Assembly: GCA_030295235.1 (NCBI GenBank)
Contig: AP026127.1
Location: forward strand, 124,001-188,000
Reading direction: 5' to 3'
Source of the DNA: Fistulifera solaris
Lineage: Eukaryota
Length of the DNA: 64,000 bases
How positions within the stretch are numbered: the stretch's first letter is position 1; each line of letters starts with the position of its first letter. Under the pieces are notes generated by a model, which saw only the letters and a list, made by a program, of their open reading frames with translations, was not told where the DNA came from and ran no database searches. This document shows positions 58,545 to 64,000 of this stretch, piece by piece. A program made the position numbers and the translations under genes.

Positions 58545-60118
58545 TGTCGCGAAAAGAATAAATGATAAGCAGAATTCGAATACTTTTCAAAATAAATGTC
58601 AAATGAGGAGATGGCAAAGGTGTCAAACACAACCGATGAGAATTATGGACCATCCAACATCCAACACGGCGAGAGGATCATCAAGGAAAATGGCTTCGAC
58701 CAAAGCAACGCCCAGTCGAGCCGGCCGGTGTTTTCATCGTACTTAATTAACCACATTCGGAAAGACCAGGCTTCGTTTCTAATCTTGGAACGAAGTGTTC
58801 GGGTTCAACCATATAGTAGTTTAGTACCGGCAGCGTCAGTTTCAACACAGAAACGAGAATGCCGTCGGATAATGTTGGATTTAACCCCATTTTAGTCCCC
58901 GCTTTGAATGTCTCAAAAGGTGAATACCGAACAACTGTGACGACGTGACGACAAGTGCATCCGAATGTACTATAAGCTTCATTGAGGTATCGCTGGAACT
59001 TTTTCTGTCAAAGAAACTTAAAGTGCTCGTAGTAGGCGCGAAATGACTCAGTGTTCTTTTGGTGAAGTGTCATTAAGAATATAAAAAAGAACAAAGGATG
59101 GCCAGAACGTTTAACGTTTCAGAATGTTTCCCAACGAATATTTAAAGACTACTTACTACATTACAACGAAATTCCGCTGTTTTTCTCTATGCGGTCATTC
59201 GAATTTCAGATGCGGTTTTGTGTTTTGTCGTACGTCGTTTTTCAGCAGTTCTGACACCTTCAAACTTCAAAATGCGAAGCTCAAAGAAGCTCAATGGCCC
59301 CATTCTAAATAGTCTTGGAAGTAGTGAAAACTTCATGGGAAAATCGCAATAATTTAGTGAGTAAAAAACATTTGGTCCAATGTTCTCTCGCCAGCTGATC
59401 CCTTTTCCCGCCTTTTTTCGGAAGGTGTGTCAGTTTCGTGTGTGTCGTTATCTGTGGAAGGTGTGTGTCTCAGTGGGAATTTTAAATTTCAAAAGCATCG
59501 TTGCCCCTTTGCGTCGCCATCTGTTTTTCGTTCGGGCGCAACGAAGGAATAGCCTTGTGATTGAGATTGATAACCTCTGTATACCGATGTTATCGCCGTT
59601 ATCTTCGTTCATTGAGATTCCTTGCTCCTTGCTTATGAAAGGAGAAACATAGACCGTTGATCTGAGAGGGTGATGAATAATGAATAATGAACCATCATCG
59701 TGTTGGTCTTATTTCTTTTGTGGCTGTCATGAACCATAAGAACCAACGAAAAGTAGTGGCCCACTATTTCCTTCGAACAAGTTTGACAGCTGTGCAGCGC
59801 AACGTCGCCCGCTTGTTAGCGTAGGTGATCACAAAACCAAGGTGAATACAGCAATATCGATTACTCCTTGACGAAATACTTCTTTGGCCAAGAAAATTCG
59901 ATTTTTTGCGTAGAGATAATTGTCGAGCTATACAACGTTGCGAAAAGCTGATTGTAACGATTGTGAAATCAAGGCGCTGCTTTGAAGCCTACGAAGACAC
60001 AAAATTGTTAGCAGTACTTTTGGTCGGTTCCGTGGTGAAAGAGCTACATACATCAGTGCTTGAATTTAAATGGATAACCCGCCTTATTGGTATTAGTGAG
60101 ATGATGACAAAACTTAAG

Positions 60119-60538
60119 TTACTCGTCCATCGACTGCGAACGTTTAACAAAATAACTACACCAAAATCCGCATCGTGAATCGGGATTGCACAGTTCTCGT
60201 GACAGTTGTATTTGTTGAATCTCTTTGCACGTCCGTAGCAAAGATATATTTGAAGCACCCTGTTCACGCGCCATGGCCTCTCGTTCGTCCGCGCAGAGAA
60301 CTGTGGCTGGTCCTTCCCTCCGGCGATGTGTTTCAAAATAATCAACATCCCACGTTTCCGAAAACTCTACTTCCCAGTCCAACGTGACTGGTACTCCTTC
60401 ACTGACTGCCGGATTGTCTCCTAGTATCATTTTATGTTCATGGACGCGGACGACCGAAAACTGGACACTCCGTTCGTCTTCCTGGATAGTTTTCGTGCCT
60501 CGGAAGGGCCAACAATGATGTATCATCGTCGTGATCAT
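60119..60538 (-). CDS. Small protein of the '[KR]xVxF...LGD[HN]PxV' family
   Basis: RSVQFSVVRVHEHKMILGDNPAVSEGVPVTLDW. Confidence 0.75.
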   Translation of the reverse strand: MITTMIHHCWPFRGTKTIQEDERSVQFSVVRVHEHKMILGDNPAVSEGVPVTLDWEVEFSETWDVDYFETHRRREGPATVLCADEREAMAREQGASNISLLRTCKEIQQIQLSRELCNPDSRCGFWCSYFVKRSQSMDE

Positions 60539-61763
60539 AGTGAGCAATGAGTTATTGAAACAAAAGACGATTTTGTGGCAATGTTTGTTTGCTAAATTTG
60601 TGACTGCTTTTGGTAGCTCTGAGCTTCGTCGATAGGTGTGTTCTTTGTCGAGAAGAACGGCACCCGATTGCGATTTTATGTAGGCTTAAAGTGTAGAAAT
60701 GAAACGCATTAGGACTCCTTATCCATTTTCATTGCTGAAATGAGAACATCTATTTTCGGCTCATGACACACGATAATGAACACGCCCCTTCTTACACAAA
60801 AAGGATCACGATGCGTTTTTTTTATTTTGAAAACTCATGAATTTGGTGCGGCGTTGTCGGTCGTGCAGCTGTGCTCAAAGCTCCTCCGATGCTGCTTGTT
60901 CCTCCTCCAGGAAACGGCGAACGACTCTGTACGCCTATGGAACTATTCGTGACTGATTCCAATATCTAGAGAATATTGGCGACTTTCAATCATTTCTTCG
61001 CTTGATAAGGAAGTCCGATAGGTATCTAATAGGTTGATCGTTTCGATGGACTGACTGTCAACTGTGACTTTTTCCTCATCAAACTACAGACACGGTCCAA
61101 AATATCAGGCCGAGACCTCGAAACCTCGACAGTCTTTATAGCAGATAATTTGTTGAAACTAATTCTGCATCGCTCCGAATAGATAGGATGTGATCTTGCT
61201 AAGGAATGCATTCAAAAATTGTTGTTTGGATTTTACTTTATTTTTTTGGAGTGTTGTAAATGTGCAAAAACAGTGCGGCCAAGGCAGCCTGGGACATAGT
61301 ACTGAAAAGAGGACAGTTCTCAGTCAGTGAGTATTGAGTATGCCTTGATCTTGAAATGGCTCGAAGCGGTTCTCGATTCTACATAAATGATCATACTCAT
61401 GGTCGTGAGGCGATTTCCAGAAATCAGCGTCTCTCGATATTTTGCCTTAGGTTCACGTTTGGCGCAGAACTGGCGGTTATTGATACGGTAATGAAGCATC
61501 TAAGTAGTTTGAAATCCGTGAATTTCAGTTTTAGTACTTACAACCATTAAGAGTTAGTATACCTTACTCTTGATAGTCGGTATCAGGGCAATAGTAGAGA
61601 AAAATTCCCCGTTGCCTTCCCATCGGATTATTTGCGCACACCGAAAACAACACATGGATACCTTGTACATTATTTTTTCTCGTCTTGACGAGAAGCAGCT
61701 CGGAGGAGGAAAGCAGAAAGGGACGATGGAACCTTTTGCAGCATATGGTGGTCATTTCATAGA

Positions 61764-62183
61764 ATGGAAAGCAAGGGGCCGCCGCAAACCGCCATGATGC
61801 CCGGAAAACGCAAAGTCGCATTTTCACCGACCGTCGAAATACACCATCACAAACTGATTCTAGGAGATCACCCTTCGGTGTCAGAAGGCATTCCCCTCAC
61901 ACTCGACTGGAGTGTCGAATACAGTGAAGCCATTGATTTAGATGCGCACGAAAGTCGGTGTCGGAATGGTCTCCCGTTGTTCGAGTCGTCGGAACGAGAG
62001 GAAATGGCCCGTCATCATGGGGCGAGCGATCAGTGTTTACTGGAAACGCGCAAAGAGCTATCGCTCATACAAACATCACGGCGCCTCTCGGAACTCGACC
62101 AGCCGTGGGGACTGTGGGGATCCATGAGTGATTCGTCGCATTGCTACCAACAACAGCGATGTGGCATTTTGCTCACTTTATGA
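61764..62183 (+). CDS. Small protein of the '[KR]xVxF...LGD[HN]PxV' family
   Basis: KRKVAFSPTVEIHHHKLILGDHPSVSEGIPLTLDW; divergently oriented paralogue of 60119-60538. Confidence 0.75.
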   Translation: MESKGPPQTAMMPGKRKVAFSPTVEIHHHKLILGDHPSVSEGIPLTLDWSVEYSEAIDLDAHESRCRNGLPLFESSEREEMARHHGASDQCLLETRKELSLIQTSRRLSELDQPWGLWGSMSDSSHCYQQQRCGILLTL

Positions 62184-62315
62184 TGACTCAATTCTTTTTC
62201 TTCATGCAACAGCCTTTCATATTACTGCTGTGACTACCACACAGCTAATAAAAATAAATATAGACTTATTAAGTTAACTTATGTGGCGTTTCTCCATGTT
62301 CATGATCTTCCGTTA

Positions 62316-63555
62316 TTAATCTTCGGATTCCAGCGATTCACATAGAGTATCCGTATGCTCTGATAGCAAAACCGCAGTGCGTTGAAAATCATGGGCCGCT
62401 TGTTGATTCCAAAGCTTGAATATCAGAGAGGGTCGCGACGCCCTTTCCGCCTGTTTGAAAAGGAAAGAACAAAGGAACAATCGATTGAACGAATACAGAC
62501 GTCGGATCAACATGCCATCGTCGGCGATCAATTGATCATTTAGATTTTTGACTCTTATCATCTTATTCTTTTCAATAAGCGTTGGAGCCACAGGTAATTA
62601 GGATCGACCTGTGTCGGGTACGTGTCAAGCTTGATCGTTGCCGGGCGTTGGCGGTCTTCCACTGCAGCAAAAATAGCCTCGATGTTGGAAGCCCACTGTA
62701 CCGCATTGAGCAATTCCAGAGTGTCTAAACTTTTATTTGTGGCCATAGCTCTGATGAGCGGCTTTGCCATGTCATCAGCGACTGTCTCCTCCGTCGTTTC
62801 GAAGTTCCATCGTAACTTTCTTAGGTGTTCGGATTTGGCCACCTGGTCGAAAAAGGAAGTTATGAACTGCATGGGATGACTGCTGCTCAAATCTTCCACG
62901 TTGGCGCAAAGATTAGTTGCTACAATATCAACCGACGAGATATCCACGTCGAAACCTTCGTCCGCCTGCACGCCAAACGTAAGATGTTCCACCGGCCCTG
63001 CTAAAGCAAGAGGGATCAGATCTCTGGATAAATTAATTGCCAAGCGTAACTTCATCGAAACGATTCAGATGCAAACAAAGACGTCGCAGGAATCCCTCTT
63101 CAACGCAGTCCAATGTCAAGGAGCCAAACATTGACTGGCGTCTCTCAATAAGATTGCAAAATTCAACACCGCCATCATGAAAGGAAACCCTCCTTAACGC
63201 CAAGGGAATAAGTGTAAACAAAAATTTGTTGCACCCATCAATCAAGCTTTCAAGGCGACATATCCCAATTGTAGATCGGATTACTACCAAAAACCTTTTC
63301 AAGCAACTCGACAGCACCGGGAACTCGCTGAAAGCATCGAACACAGTCCCAAACCGTTCTATATATATCCGAAGGATGTTCGTGAATGATTTTTATGGGT
63401 GGTGGCTGATCGATGATGGGTCTCGGACGAATAAGCGCCGGAAGCATGGAGGGATTCTTCCAGTGAATCGTACCCAGCCTACGCTGAATGAGATGTCGAT
63501 CAGCTTCAACGTTGTAGCCGGGACGAACGAGCATTTCCTGAAGGTTGAATTGCAC
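62316..63555 (-). CDS. RNI/LRR-like hypothetical protein (frameshifted)
   Basis: FHDGGVEF..LIERRQ..FGSLTL, AMATNKSLDTLEL, FNRLF; same family as 36791-38394. Confidence 0.55.
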
Positions 63556-64000
63556 TTCTTGAATTCGATGCCTCGTAACAGAGCTTCATGAGCCGCTACA
63601 ATCCGCTGTTTGATAATGACAAGGGCTACCAAGAAAGGTCGTTCAATCTTGCACAAATCAGCATCCGACATGTTTTGAAATAGCTCCGAGTAGCGACCAG
63701 CGGGGTCTCGAGGATAGATCCACTCGCCTTCTCTCGTGTTGGCGCTGTTAGCATACATTTGTTCAAGAGCCAAAATGACATCTTCGTCCAGCTCTACCCA
63801 GTATCGAATGAACGACAACGCATCATCATCTCGATTCACGCACAGCAGAAAGAACGGAGCCCGCAAAACACGCTCCCAGGTAATCATTGGCCCCCAATCG
63901 GAGATTTTCCAAAATGTAAAAGACGGCCTTTTCCCAGACTTCCTTGACTTCACTTTTCGTGCGCGGCCTCCTAATACCCATCCGCCAAGTCGTAGCTTGC
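63393..64000 (-). CDS. Hypothetical protein, 5' end possibly beyond the window; may be fused to 62316-63555
   Basis: 186-aa ORF 63393-63953 with PFFLLCVNRDDDALSFIRYW and LVALVIIK motifs. Confidence 0.45.
   Translation of the reverse strand, partial: KLRLGGWVLGGRARKVKSRKSGKRPSFTFWKISDWGPMITWERVLRAPFFLLCVNRDDDALSFIRYWVELDEDVILALEQMYANSANTREGEWIYPRDPAGRYSELFQNMSDADLCKIERPFLVALVIIKQRIVAAHEALLRGIEFKKCNSTFRKCSFVPATTLKLIDISFSVGWVRFTGRIPPCFRRLFVRDPSSISHHP

Noticed and set aside
1..64000. tRNA, rRNA or RdRP genes
   Set aside because: None recognised by eye; tRNAscan-SE, Infernal and HMM searches would be needed to exclude them.

Overview
Eukaryotic nuclear DNA, most likely from a raphid pennate diatom (inferred from 65-190 bp GT-AG introns, a PsbP-domain protein with a bipartite plastid presequence, a GDPH/VWD secreted protein and orphan families typical of diatoms). 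The assembly appears indel-prone: most long genes, including conserved housekeeping ones, are split by frameshifts, so CDS spans are reconstructed by eye. There are two main highlights. (1) An RNA-silencing gene pair: a PIWI-clade-like Argonaute (minus strand, 6 introns, RGG N-terminus, a C2H2 zinc finger in the N domain, intact DEDH tetrad) lies head-to-head with a full-length Dicer, with about 650 bp between start codons. (2) Next to a recently inserted Ty3/Gypsy retrotransposon (identical 211-bp LTRs, 5-bp TSD) is a 5.5-kb element with TG...CA ends and a 5-bp TSD. It is bounded by ~1.2-kb INVERTED repeats and encloses a decayed Gypsy protease/integrase with no recognisable RT or RNase H, i.e. 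an inverted-LTR or Ginger-like derivative. The window also holds a foldback MITE, a TA-flanked TIR element with an orphan ORF, a duplicated MPC-like + SLC34 phosphate-transporter module, a VWD/knottin-repeat secreted protein, CHMP1, a PX sorting nexin and several small orphan families.
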